Assembly (NCBI GenBank): GCA_051362555.1
Contig: CM120640.1
Span: forward strand, 69,170,788 to 69,234,787
Length of the DNA: 64,000 nt
Direction: 5' to 3'
Source: Lingula anatina
Taxonomy: Eukaryota > Animalia > Brachiopoda
Below, one piece after another: positions 40,760 to 53,150 of the stretch; positions within the stretch are counted from its first letter, which is position 1; every line of letters starts with the position of its first letter. Made by a program: the position numbers and the translations under genes. The notes beneath the pieces are model-generated. The model had not been told where the DNA came from, did no database searches, and was given only the letters and a program-made list of their open reading frames with translations.

Positions 40760-41060
40760 TGGCAAACATTTGGGTGCCATTCATAACCTGTGCAATTCCC
40801 ACCCTGACGGGTATGCGCTGGCCTGCGTGCAAAGTGAGGAAAGATGCTTTATACTTGATATTCTGGAATCTCCGAGTTAATTGCAACGTGGGTTTAATTT
40901 TGGTTGACCCACGAGGAACTGCTGTCCATATCATGTACTGTATAGACGCTGTTCCGGTGTCCAAAGAAAAAATAATCCATCCTGTAGGGACAGAGAACCA
41001 TAAACTGAAGGCGGAACCGCATCGTCCCACTTGTCAAAAGAGGTCTAATGAACGCTTGTA
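40760..41060 (-). mobile_element. C-terminal fragment of an IS630/Tc1/mariner transposase (DD41D-like)
   Basis: Frameshifted remnants VGRCGSAFSLW, MDYFFFGHRNSVY and FARRPAHTRQGG resemble WIGRGG..WP.RSPDL.P.DFF.WG.LK..VY...RR...GG. Confidence 0.5.
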
Positions 41061-43412
41061 TGCATAATCACCCACCTATTTCGTGTATAATCTTCATATA
41101 ACAACCATTAAAAGCGACATTTGGATCTCCATATTTTCCAAATTATGAAATGTGGTTGACAACTTCATGTAGGCTGCTGGAATATGGCAATACAGTAATC
41201 CAGGACAGTAAAGAACGGACCATCGTTTTAGTCTAAAACAGCATGGCTGCTACAGTGTTAAAGATTTCTAAGTGTAATAGAAACAATAACTGTTGTGTGA
41301 AGTGAGATTTCGTTGAAATACACTGGAAAGGTTTAGGAAATAAACATTTTAAGTTTGGAACATTTTACTTGAACTATCGTAATGTGACACAACCTAACCA
41401 TCAATTTTAAACAATTGCAAGAAGACAAGACCTGTTATATGTACTGTATATGGTATAATCATACATATTATGCAAGTAATGAAAATTCTATGTGGGTTGG
41501 ATTCTAATCCGTTTATTTAATTTCATTATATTCCTTTTCCACCTTTTTTTCCTTTGGCAGAGTAATTGCTGCCTTCTGGTAACTGAATTCCATTTCTTCG
41601 AATTTACTTCAGCAGTTTGCATAATTATCAGGCAATCCATTGCTGCTATACTGACGTACCTTTGGGGACAGGCTACTTGCTGATGTCCAACAAACATTTT
41701 GACCAATATACTTAATTTTAGTTCTTTACGGTTTTTTTAATGTTCGACGCTCTCTTTCATTTAAGCTTCCCATCATTGTACGACGTCTTCCTTACAGTAA
41801 TACTTGAGCCGTTACTAGCCATTGGCTCGGTCACGTTAAATCGTCTAAACTCTTATTTCAAAACCTGATTAACGCATCAATTACAAATTTATCCAAATTA
41901 AAATACATTAAAAGACACCCCAAGCAACACTTTTTCGCTGAGATAATCTATTTCAAACGAGGAAATAAAGCCTGCTGCTTGTTCTACATACACAACATAC
42001 TTGTATGAACACGATATTGAATGTTCAGTTTACCGTGAACAGCAGTAATATTTCCACTAGTTGACAAAGTAAGGCAGAACCCAAGATACATGTACAAAGT
42101 ATTACACATGCTTTTATTCTTCTTGTACTGTATAGTGTTAAATGTTGATTGGCACTCCACTTCGTCATGCAATGGCTATATAGATCTATGTATGTTATAT
42201 ATTGGAAATAAATAGAATAACAATTAATACATAAATAGCTAGATAATTATTGATGCTATGCATTAACAAAATGTTTTGTATATAGTTAGAATTGTATTAG
42301 TAAAATATAACTAAATAATACTAATTATTATTATGTAATACCCATGATTCTACAGTAGCCATAATGGACAGCTCATTGACAATGGGATATTTAATAAATC
42401 ATTCAATGTAATTTTGGAAGAAGAATAAAAAAAACAGAAATTTATCATATAGGATACATGAAACGCTTCTTGACATGCCATCAGCCAACGGTTTGTTATG
42501 GTGCTGGGTTCCGTGTGTCGGTGTTATGAAAATGAGTGTCCGTGTAACAGAAAGTCAGCCCTCCATTTAGTTATAATAGTCAAGGTTAGCCTGACCTAAC
42601 CGGGTCAAAATCTATACCTGTGCAAATGAATGGGAAGCGGACACTCTATCATGGGGGACTCTCTGTCACGTTACACCGGAACACTGTTAGCGTTGACCGA
42701 TGAGTGTAATAAATTTCACCGAAACAGAATTTTAGTATCAAGTGTGTGACAGTCTTCGATATTAAAAATCTTTTTTCTATCTGTAGTATGGATGTACAGG
42801 CATTTGTCATAGATTAGCATATATCACTATTGTATCGGGTCATTCCATAAAAAAATGAACCTTCGAGTCACGCTTTTGATACACAGTTTCTACAGACGTA
42901 CGTATTTTTTTAAAATTCTGACCCACCCCATGATTTTCTCTACTTGATACTACAGTACCTTCTCATATGTTAATGTAAAAAAGTTATGTAAATATTACAT
43001 GAAAACTGACTTGACTGAAATGTCCATTTTTCTGTGAAATGACCCTCCTGTGAATTTATAACCTTTTTTTTTTTTTTTTTTTTTTGTAAAAAAAATGTGC
43101 TTGAATCAAAAATCCTTCTCTTTCTTTAAAAAAATTAAAAATTCAGTTTATTCGAACTTGCTGCTTGTATCTTTAATTTTTTTTCTGAACTCAAACATAA
43201 TAAATACATATTTTTTGTGGGGATAAAATTTTTGAAATATTTCTATCATACATACACCCATGCAGAATTGAATGACATGTTAACAAATGCATGTGCAACG
43301 TCAAAATATAGGCATACGCATGAAGCAGATGTAGAAACAACGCACACCGGGAGATTGGTGCATTCTTGTAAATTATTTCAGGACTAGGAGTATGGTTGAC
43401 TATATGTGAATA

Positions 43413-44990
43413 TCAGGGTTCCCCTTCCTCTTCAATGCTGCTGAAATATGAGAAAGATACATATATTCTACTATATTCATTAGGTACTTACAATGGATGT
43501 ATTTCCATCCTAAACGGGATTGACTCACATTACTTTTACTTTACCAACACACGGACTACTTACCAGATTCTCATTGAGATAACATGTAGATAATATCAAC
43601 TTCACTCCCACCGTTAAGATATGACATCGCCAAACACATTAACTTTAGATAAGGAATTGGGAAAATAAGTCGAATCCAGACAATATTTGATGGAGATTCT
43701 AAATAAAATCAGCCCTGTGCCAAGCGCCAGTGTTCTTACCAACAGCGTGCCGGTTCGTGCATGTCCGAGGTAACACTTGGGAGGACTCTGTACTGGCCTG
43801 CCAGCTCTGCCGACGACTGACTACTGTTCACCTGTTCCTTTATCTTGAATTCTTCGTGCATTGGGCGATATTTCGTCCTGCGATATAACAAAAAGAGAGA
43901 TAAGGAGACTCTCGGAACTACAATTCAACAAGTAATTATTTTTATAATGCAAAAGGAAATTAAGTGAATAACTTTATAGGACGCTCATGATTTTTTTATT
44001 GTCGCTTTGTCCTTTTAAGGACGTCCCTTTAAATAATAATTTGGTTCAGGAATCATGGAAGTGACTACCCGAAGAAGCAATTCTTTATTTCACCTGTGTT
44101 TCCTGTCCCCATTCTCTCTGTGCAGGGAGGCGCCTATGAGTTCTTGATAGCGGGCTTCAACCGGAAGTTGGTCAGAACAAATGGTGGAGATGGTTCCTGG
44201 GCGATGTCCTTCCGTCTTGGTATTGGTTTTAGTGTCAGGTCTACAATATGATTTATCTTGTTTTTTTAAAACACATTCAAATTATTCGTAGCATTCGAAG
44301 CAGAGAGCTGTATGTGTATCAATTTTTGTTAAAACTGGGGACGATGAGCCACAACCCAAGCTATTCCACGCGCAGCATGCTTTAGATCAATGGGAAGCTT
44401 ATTTCCAGAAAAAAAATTTTCGTGATTTTTTTAAATTCTGCATATGATTAAAAAACGACCCTGTCTCTAAATGTTTAAATTCAATGTATGTTGAAGCATA
44501 ATTTAACAGATTCGTGAATTTTGAGATTTTATCAAAACATTAAAATATGTTTTTAAAATGAAATTGATCCTTTTACGTACTTATATTCTACGAAAAAAAG
44601 ATAAACGCTATTCTTTCGCTGTCATATCTACGTTGATAACCCTCAGTTTATGGAGTAGAAAAACGTAAAGATTCATAAGGAATCCACGTTTCTCTCTCTT
44701 TATTTCTCACCCACATAAATTCATATATATTCATTCTATATATGACAGTCAACGACATGTTATAAATCCCCATAGAACAGCAAGGTATATGTATATAGCG
44801 ACAGAATTAAATCAATAACAGGAGACTTTAAGAGTGACAAAAGAAATACTGTATATAAAGTGTCGTGTCTTCAAAATATTTCAGTTTACCTCATTCTCTT
44901 TTTCCAAAGAAGACATCCCCCCGCCATCAGCATCGCACACAGACAGCCCACCATAGCCCACAGGATAGCGGCACCACCCTCCTCGGTCAT
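43413..44990 (-). CDS. Small single-pass (type III-like) membrane protein with cytoplasmic tyrosine motifs, about 137 aa
   Basis: complement(join(43413..43440,43740..43877,44094..44240,44890..44990)). Three GT-AG introns, all phase 2, give a continuous frame. Sequence: MTEEGGAAILWAMVGCLCAMLMAGGCLLWKKRMR / PDTK...EARYQELI...RKHR / TKYRPMHEE...GQYRVLPS...ARCC / SIEEEGEP*. There is an in-frame TAA upstream of the ATG and an A at -3. Confidence 0.7.
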
Positions 44991-45946
44991 AGTCCACGAT
45001 ATTCGAGGAGATACGATGTTATGCCTACCTTACGACTGATGATCACGTCAACAGGTGCGCCAATCGAGCTGATATGGCAGGCACCGCTCATTTTTCAAAA
45101 ACATTTTTAGTTGCTGGTATATTCTGCCGTAGGGGTATCGTGCAGAAGGCGACGCTTTTTTTACGTAGAGATGACGACATATGGTGTAACTTTTCCTTAC
45201 AGGCAGCATACAACTGTTAACGACACTGACTGACGTTTTCAGACCTCTTAACATAATTGATACCTTATATTTTGAAATGGAAAATATTTGTTTGCTGTCA
45301 TCGTTTCCATTCACCATTCTTTAGCCAGGCTATTTTAAAACCAGGCATGCCCGTTATTTTCAATCCGTTATGTTAGCTAATGCCAGGATGATGCTACCAT
45401 CATTTTCTTGCAATCACAGGTGATAGGCGTCTCAAATATTTGTCACGCGAAAGCAATTCTATTTAAGGACACGATGCCGTTGACAAAAGTTGAAAACGGA
45501 GCGTTCTCCACACTCTCAGTGCAACGGCAATACCAAACCCTTAACAAGCGTTATTCGTCGTGAGAAAAGAATTACGTCTGAACGAACAGATAATGTATAC
45601 TTCTACTGATATTTGCAGTTACACTCATTGCACACTATAGATAAGGTGCACTCAATATTTTACTTTGGTGTATATTATCAACCTCAAAAAAATGATTGTC
45701 TTAAAGTTTAGAAAGAGTGTCCAAAAACAAGTTATGATAATAAGATAAAAGAGAGTATTTGAAAATATGTATCCTGTAACAATCCTCCACTACAAAAATT
45801 ATTTACAGCTCCAGATGAAAGAAGACCTAGACATTGATATGTATATACACCTCATATGCACATTACAGTGTTACAATGTTGACAGAGCGCATGCAATACA
45901 TTTTGTCGTATGCGACAGATGCAAGTGACAAACTGCAGATTATTGA

Positions 45947-46084
45947 GTTTATGTGCCACATAACTGGAAATGAGCCAGAAACACAGGTTGAATTTGTTTT
46001 TTAGGTTACATGTAGGTTTATGTGCCATATAACTGGAAATAATCCAGAAACACAGGTTGAATTTATTTTTTAGGTTACATGAGG
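45947..46084 (+). repeat. 69-bp tandem duplication (2 copies)
   Basis: gtttatgtgcca...aactggaaat...ccagaaacacaggttgaattt...ttaggttacatg starts at 45947 and 46016. Confidence 0.9.
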
Positions 46085-48377
46085 TCTTATAAACAATGCT
46101 CAACCAAGTTGTGAGCCTACTATTTTATGTATTGATAATGTAAAAAAGAGCTGCAAATACACTGTCATAAAGCAATAACTTTTAAAGTTTCCCCACACTG
46201 CTCTTCAATTATGGATTTTAAAGCTACGGAAGCGCACTGCTGTCACTTTATTTATTTCTATTTTGAAATGTCGAGTTAGTCTAAGTATAGAAAAAATTAA
46301 GTGAAACTTACGTATAAAATCTATGGTAATAAGTATTACATCAGATTCGAGGGGGGGGGGCACTTTTTCTGAATTTAAATAAATAGTATAAACTGTGGAT
46401 ATTTTCACTGGTATTTTGTATTTTCTGTACCACGTCATGTCATATGTGTTATCTGAAAGCATCATTTAAAGGGATAATAACTCTTCATATGAGATCTATA
46501 TTTCACAATAAAAACATTGTGAAAAACTCATAGAAATATAATATATTCTGTTTTACCATTAAACCGGCAGTTATAGCTATTATTCTGATATCTGAGCTTG
46601 TCTTTAGACGACGTAACCTCCACTGATGGCTATACTCTGTTAAAATCTCTTAAGAGATTTTAACAAAAAAACAAACTTTTTAGAAAAAAACCAGGGACTA
46701 ACTTTGAATGTAAAAATGGAATCATTAACCATTGGTAAGTATGAGAAAATTGTTGGTCACTCCAGGAAAATTCATTTTTTGGCCGAAACAAAGAGTTATT
46801 ATCACTTTAAGTGTTTACAGGGGTGATCATTTGAAAACAAAAATACACAGCCTTTGTGGGACAGCCTTTTTGACCAAGAGAGTGTAAAGGAAATGTTCAT
46901 CTGATTGTGACCGGAGGAACTTGTCTAGTGTGTTAGCTGTGATATTGCGGAGACCATTTTATCGAGTTGTGACTTCTCACATCACGACAATCCACTTTGA
47001 GGCATACCTAGAGCACCCTAAAGACTGTATTATGATTATTGTATTGAAAATGTATGCCCCGCATTTAATTTTTCCAAAGATTTTAAAGTAAACTATTTTG
47101 AATGTAGTGAAAATGGCTATATCTATTGTTTGATTTTAAAATAAGATTTATTCAGCCAATAAATTATACACATATAAAACATTCAATATCGGAAATCCAT
47201 TACCATGTTTGTGTTTTAAGGTTCAAAAAGTACTTGGAATTGAAAAAAAAAATTAAAGAGACACTGCCAGCTTTAAAATGTCCCAAAGTAGTACTTTCTG
47301 TGCCTACATAAGTGTATCTTCCAAAGCTACCTTCCCATATTCAGAGCCTCAAAAATAAACAAATTAACATAATAAAACCCCTCAAGGAAAAGTACCTGAA
47401 GTCGATATTTTCTTCCGAAACGTACGGGAGATGTTAACGTTAAGGGAAAACATTTAGAACACAACTGTTGAATAAGAAATGGTAAAGAAAATCGGTTCAA
47501 AGTGCAGTGACGGGTTCGAACTATGATTTGTAAGTAAGATTAAATCGCGTGTTGGGAGAAAAATTTGATTTGGAGATTAGGATGGATACCTTAAAGACTT
47601 TGATTAAAAAGAACACTACAGGTGGATAAAAGCCAGACGAAAACCATTAACTTCCCTTAAAAAACTAAAAGCTTAGCATTGGTTGGTTCAAATTTAAAAT
47701 GGTTGCGAGCCAGGTTCGAACTGTTACATTATTTGATGTTGTTCAAAATGAACAATGATCCCTTTCTCAAATTCTCAAGTCAATTATTTAGGCTACTATA
47801 TTAAAACAATAAACATAAGATCTCGTGATATTTTATTCCAAAATTAAGTGAATAATAGATTGTTCTAAAAATAAAACCCCTATTCACAAAGTACACATAT
47901 ACGTTTTTAACCACCATGTATTCAAAATTTCTAAAAATTGCCAAATGTGTTTTTTTTACGTTTTTAAACAACCTGGTACCTTGTTCCAAACTTTTTATGC
48001 ATAAAAATTTGAGCTTTTTTCTTCTTATTTTTTTTTTTAATTTAAAACGGGGTATATTCACAATTAAATGTACATAAGTGAAATCATAATTGCTAAAAGA
48101 ACCTCCCAAAACCTTACCATTTTTCTCTATCAGTAATTACCAAGATTATGTCTCTGTCTTATCACATACCGGTACATGTATTATGACGTTGACAGGGCTA
48201 GAGGTATGGGATATTTAGATATGGTTTTCAAAATATTCTGTTAAAGTGTAGGCAATATCTAGGGGCCGTTTTGACAGATATATGTGTATCTTTGACACAA
48301 ATAAAGGGGTACATGTAACATATAGAACTAATTTTCAAAAGCTAATGCTACTTTCTTTACATTTTTATTGCGGGCGT

Positions 48378-48381
<4 letters not shown>

Positions 48382-48415
<34 letters not shown>
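48382..48415 (+). repeat. Poly-A tract
   Basis: Directly visible. Confidence 0.95.
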
Positions 48416-48418
<3 letters not shown>

Positions 48419-49799
48419 ACGATGTCCCAGCATAGGTACACTGTATTGGTACGATGATATTCTATCAGAAGTTTAGTCTAGATTGCAGCCCAATTGACAT
48501 ACTTTCATTAATCCTTTCACACAACAGCACTGTACTTACGCACAATACAAAACTCAACTTAAAGCAATGAGAGCTAAACAAATAGTTGAAAGAAATCCAA
48601 ATTTCCTCCTTTACAGAAATACAAAAAATGCTATTTGCAGCAAGCCAGTAATAACATATTTATTCTGTTTCAGTGCAAATTCTGTTCGAACTAGAAACAG
48701 ATAAGTGTTCCTCTCTCGCACATATGACGTTAGAACGCTATTTCCAGAAACAATTTATTAATAGACACTAGGGCCACTGACGCACTCAAACAACAGAGGT
48801 TTTATCGCACGAGAACTCTGGTACCATTACGACGTGTTATATTTTCTCTCTCGAAGGCAATTCCGAGCTGTGCCGTTATAGAAATTAAATTTGAACCATT
48901 GAAAACACTTTTAAATATAAATATCTGACCTATCATTTGAAGAGTTTTTGTAAAATAACAGTTTCTTGTGTTTATCATAGCGCTTCGGTACCCGGAGTTT
49001 TGCTGTAAATTATCTAAATTTTATGTCGCAACTTGGATAGGAAACGTTTGATCCAATTATGAAAGGAAGAGAGAATACATCTTTTCCAAACGCTACATGA
49101 AACCAATTTTCTGTTTTAGGCAAATTACATTAGTTTGCTTCTCATCCTTGAATTAAAGAAAAAATGGTCGGAAAAAACTTGATACTGTATCAATACTGCC
49201 GTTCTGACGCCTACTTAATGGCGACAAAGTTTGGTTATTGTCTTTATTGATTTATATGAAAAGGAAAGCATAAACGATGCGACAATATCAAATCGAATGG
49301 TAAATGTTTATATTTAAATTTACACTGTATATCATAAAAAATAGTATTTCAAAATAGAAACGTTTCTCTACAACATATGGAGCTTAAAAAAAGAACGGAA
49401 TGATCAATACACTGCAGATAAGTAATAAAAGACATATTTCAAATACAGAAACCATTATTGTACATTACTATAAAACATATGGATAGTTGAGGACAAACAG
49501 CATAGGTACTCTGAAAAGAAGCCAAAAGAAGAAAGAGCTATATACCGAACCATTTTAAATACGATATTCTTGATCATCCCTCGGGGCCCGTGGGCAAAAT
49601 GCCGTTGTATTTTTGGTCAGTTCCCACAAAGCAAACCATCTGCCCTTGATTACTTCTGGTCTTTCATATGGTTAATCGATGTCCAAGTGATGCATCTTGA
49701 ATTACGACCTGTGGCATGCGCTATAGCTCCTTTTCTAGACCTGTGGGCCGGTTCTCTGGGGGCGGTTACTGTCACCCCATACAGATTAGGTCTTAAATA

Positions 49800-51400
49800 G
49801 TTATCATTTCACCAGACACGCTCCATCATGTCCCCAAAGCCATGCGGACAGGGCATGCAAAGCTCTTAAAACCATTTGGGTAAGTGTTCTCAGGACGACC
49901 ATTGTGTTCGCATTAAATATCAATTTCGGCAATATAATACATATCTGTCTGCTTGTGCGTGAACATATGCGTATTTGCGTTCTCTTTCTGTCCAGAATAT
50001 ACTTTAAGTTTTCGAAATGGAACAACAGATATCCTCTAAGTAGAGTTCTATTAGTTAATGTATTTGATGATTGCCCTCGCGTTAAGTTGCAGTCATCGAT
50101 TTTACCAGCACGCCACCAACCACCACCACCAGACTGAATTGGTTTCCCCGCTTTGTCTCAAAACCAAATTAGCTTTCAGTCATTAAAACGATATTTTATG
50201 TCATCAGATAAGCCTCCTGCCTATGCCGCATGTAAAGATTAAGCAGAAATACAATAATATTTCATTTACGTTGGGTTTAAGAGAAGCAGTTTAATCAGGC
50301 ATTGATGCTCGTATTACGATCCTAGTCAATACAAACAGCCCTCGGGTCTCTTGGGTGACACAGAATTATGCTGTTGGCCAGACCTTTGGAACAGTTTTCA
50401 TGTCAATATGTCTGTGACCTCTGCATCATCCGAGGAGTGCAGGAAACTGATTCGTGGGAAATCATTCACCACTTCCTTGTCTTCAATTGAACTGATTTTT
50501 TAACAGATTAGAATGTTTTATTTACGCCTTTAATTCCCTCAAGTTACTCAGAAATGCCGTTGTTGAATGGGGTGAAAAATCGACAGCCATTTAACATGAA
50601 TGTATGAGTGACCGATTTACAACAATATGATTAAGAACGTGTACAGAAAGTAAGCTTATCATGTGATGTAATATGAAGCATTAACGAATATCAAGTTTAT
50701 CTCCGAGAGTTATACAAACTATGTCTATTATCCTTGAACCGTTGACCCGTTATAATTCTTCCACAGAACAGCATGGAGATAGCGCGTGTTCGGAGACCAA
50801 ACTTCCATACGTTTTGGATGCATGGGAGATAACGGTTCTATGCCAAGCGTCTTGTTAAACACAACTGCATACGTCTGCTGTTCTGATGGATGGCCAGTGA
50901 TAAATGATGTCTTCTAGATACGGCAGCTACGTGTATTCTCAAGCAATAATATCTAAAAAGCATTATTAACCCAAGAATACCCGTAGCTGACATAACCACT
51001 AAATGACTGGAGGTTTTCTATCAGTCCATCTGCTATAACACTGAAATAAAAATAAACGGATTTCAGATCGTGTATGGTTGGAAAATCCCCCGTCAAATAT
51101 TGCTTTCAATCAGTGCCCGCCTTGTAGAATGGAAACGGCGTCATGTCCAAAACAACATCAGATCCACAAAGAACGACTCTACTACCACAGACCATGTTAC
51201 ATCCGACCACAGTTTCCCGTTCATATGCTCACACGATTTCTAGCATTACGGCTTGCTGTACTTAGCCTTTCAGTTTGAATGTCCTGCCATATTTCACATT
51301 CGCCCATTCGAGCGTTGATTGCAGGAAGGTATTCAAGCGCAAAATTAAGACATTCTTTTCAATGATTTGCATTGACTATTAGCATGAAAATGTCTAATTC
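49800..51400 (-). mobile_element. Possible heavily decayed Polinton/Maverick-related PolB N-terminal ORF with C2H2-finger remnants
   Basis: Broken-frame pieces ECE/YGRTFKLK (finger-like), YVSYGYSWV (compare GSGW) and SFITGHPSEQQTYAVVFNK...SPMHP (compare SSYIxLP...AIIN...LHP). Recognised by eye only. Confidence 0.3.
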
Positions 51401-51599
51401 GACTGTGGATGGATTGGTTTTATCGGTTGTGTCTGCAGGATTGCCATATAAGATATGTCCTAGATTTCAAGGTGACTGAGTACATACACATGGAATATTG
51501 CAGTTCAAAAGGTGAAATGAAGCCATTTCGTGGACAGTAAAACAGCAACTATAATGAAATACGAAAAAACATACAAATTATCCTAGCACGACCCATTGG

Positions 51600-52974
51600 A
51601 ACTGTAACTTAACCATTTTGGTGACATATTTGGTAGATGGTAGAAACGGAACTGATAGATGTTGTCAGTCTACCAAAACAACCTCACTTTGCAAAGCACA
51701 GATCTTTTGACACATCACACCCAGAACCACGTCGAACTTTCATTGGATACTCATTTAAAATCTGTCCTTAATTTATATCGACTTTTGAAACACCATCTAC
51801 CATGTACCCTCCAACTGATTCCTACCTCAATAAACATCATATTTCCATTCTCCGTTTCAGTAGCTGGGCAGTCTGAACGTGACCTTTAGACTCCTGAACA
51901 CGCAGTTTCAGTCTTTGCCATATATTAGCGAACAAACCCGTTTGGGTTTGTAATTGCGCGAAATGATCAGCAAGGCCAAGGAAGATATGTCTTCTAACGA
52001 GCTATAGATCATGAAAATGTCCGATTTGGGAATAGTTTGATATTTTCTAAGAAGAGAATTGAGAACAGTTATCGGACGTGTACTTCTGTGTGACTAATCG
52101 TTTCGTAGAGTATGGATCCCTACTTAGCCTATGCAAGGCAATTAAAGAAGGCGTTAGATGGTTGCGGTTTGGCTCTTAATTGAATATCCTGACCAGCACA
52201 TGACAGTCCCTCTCCCTAACCACACCACCAATGTATGAATTCCAGGCTCATATCTTAAAGTTTGTCGTTCAGTTAATACTAAAACAATGGCCGTGTAATT
52301 TTGGGTGCCACTTGTGCCTATTTTGATGTTAGGTCCGGTCATTTTCAAAGCAGCGTAATTCTTAGATCGTAGTCCTAGGCGTTTTAGTGTATGAGAACCC
52401 TGCCTGCGTCTGCTGGGGTGTCGAAACTGGGGTGTCAGATTATGTGCAATGTTAGGGATGTACAACCAACTGGGAATACCATTGTTCTACCCAAGATAAC
52501 GAAGTGCTTTAAGTCCATTGATTTTTTCGAATAACGGGCCATATCAAAAAACCTTGGGGACCAACGGAAGCGTGGCCAGTCTAGATGAGATAATAACCCA
52601 ATGTCCCGCTATATGGTTCTTGTTTTGCATTTATGTCCTCATATGATATATGTAAAGGTGAAACGTATGCGTCACGGTGCAGTGAGTGATGACAGAATCA
52701 TTTACAGACGGGTGATTGTGTATGCAGATGGTTGTCATATTTGCAAGAATGTAAAAGCCAGACAGAGCTAGCAGGTGTAGACAAACTAAGTGATATTTTT
52801 TGTGGTTTAGCCAAAACGGAAACAATTCCTTTGGTATATTTTCTTATTAGCGCAGCACATGTTCATAACTTGGATAAGATTTTACCATGTTGTTCACAGT
52901 AATATTTAATATGTTTAACAAGCATCCTTCAAAATCTTGCCCTGTAAACATGATGCTTAGGTACTCTTTCCAAA

Positions 52975-53015
<41 letters not shown>

Positions 53016-53150
53016 CCATCATCTCACCTCCAGTAGTTCCGCAATTCGACGGAATTTTGGCATTCATTTCTGGATGGCACTTGCCTACTTCTCTTAGAAG
53101 GTACCTTGGAGATTTCTGAAATAGAAACTGCAGTGTATTACATATTGGTT
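51600..53150 (-). mobile_element. Possible decayed Ty3/Gypsy pol (RNase H to integrase) fragment
   Basis: Remnants in collinear order: LLHSCKYD, LDWP, ILGRTMVFP, SDNCSQFSS (compare SDNGPQF), GLADHF (compare NGLAERF) and TAQLLKRR (compare SPAQLLxGR). Many stops and frameshifts. Confidence 0.4.
52976..53011 (+). repeat. (TG)n microsatellite
   Basis: Directly visible. Confidence 0.97.

Noticed and set aside
41488-42190. Possible further downstream exons of the adaptor gene
   Set aside because: The acceptors are weak and I could not establish a unique phase-consistent path.
42518-42679. Degenerate inverted-repeat (MITE-like) sequence
   Set aside because: The termini match poorly and I saw no target-site duplication.
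47511-47722. Two GGTTCGAA B-box-like motifs (tRNA or SINE)
   Set aside because: No A-box at suitable spacing and no cloverleaf could be built.
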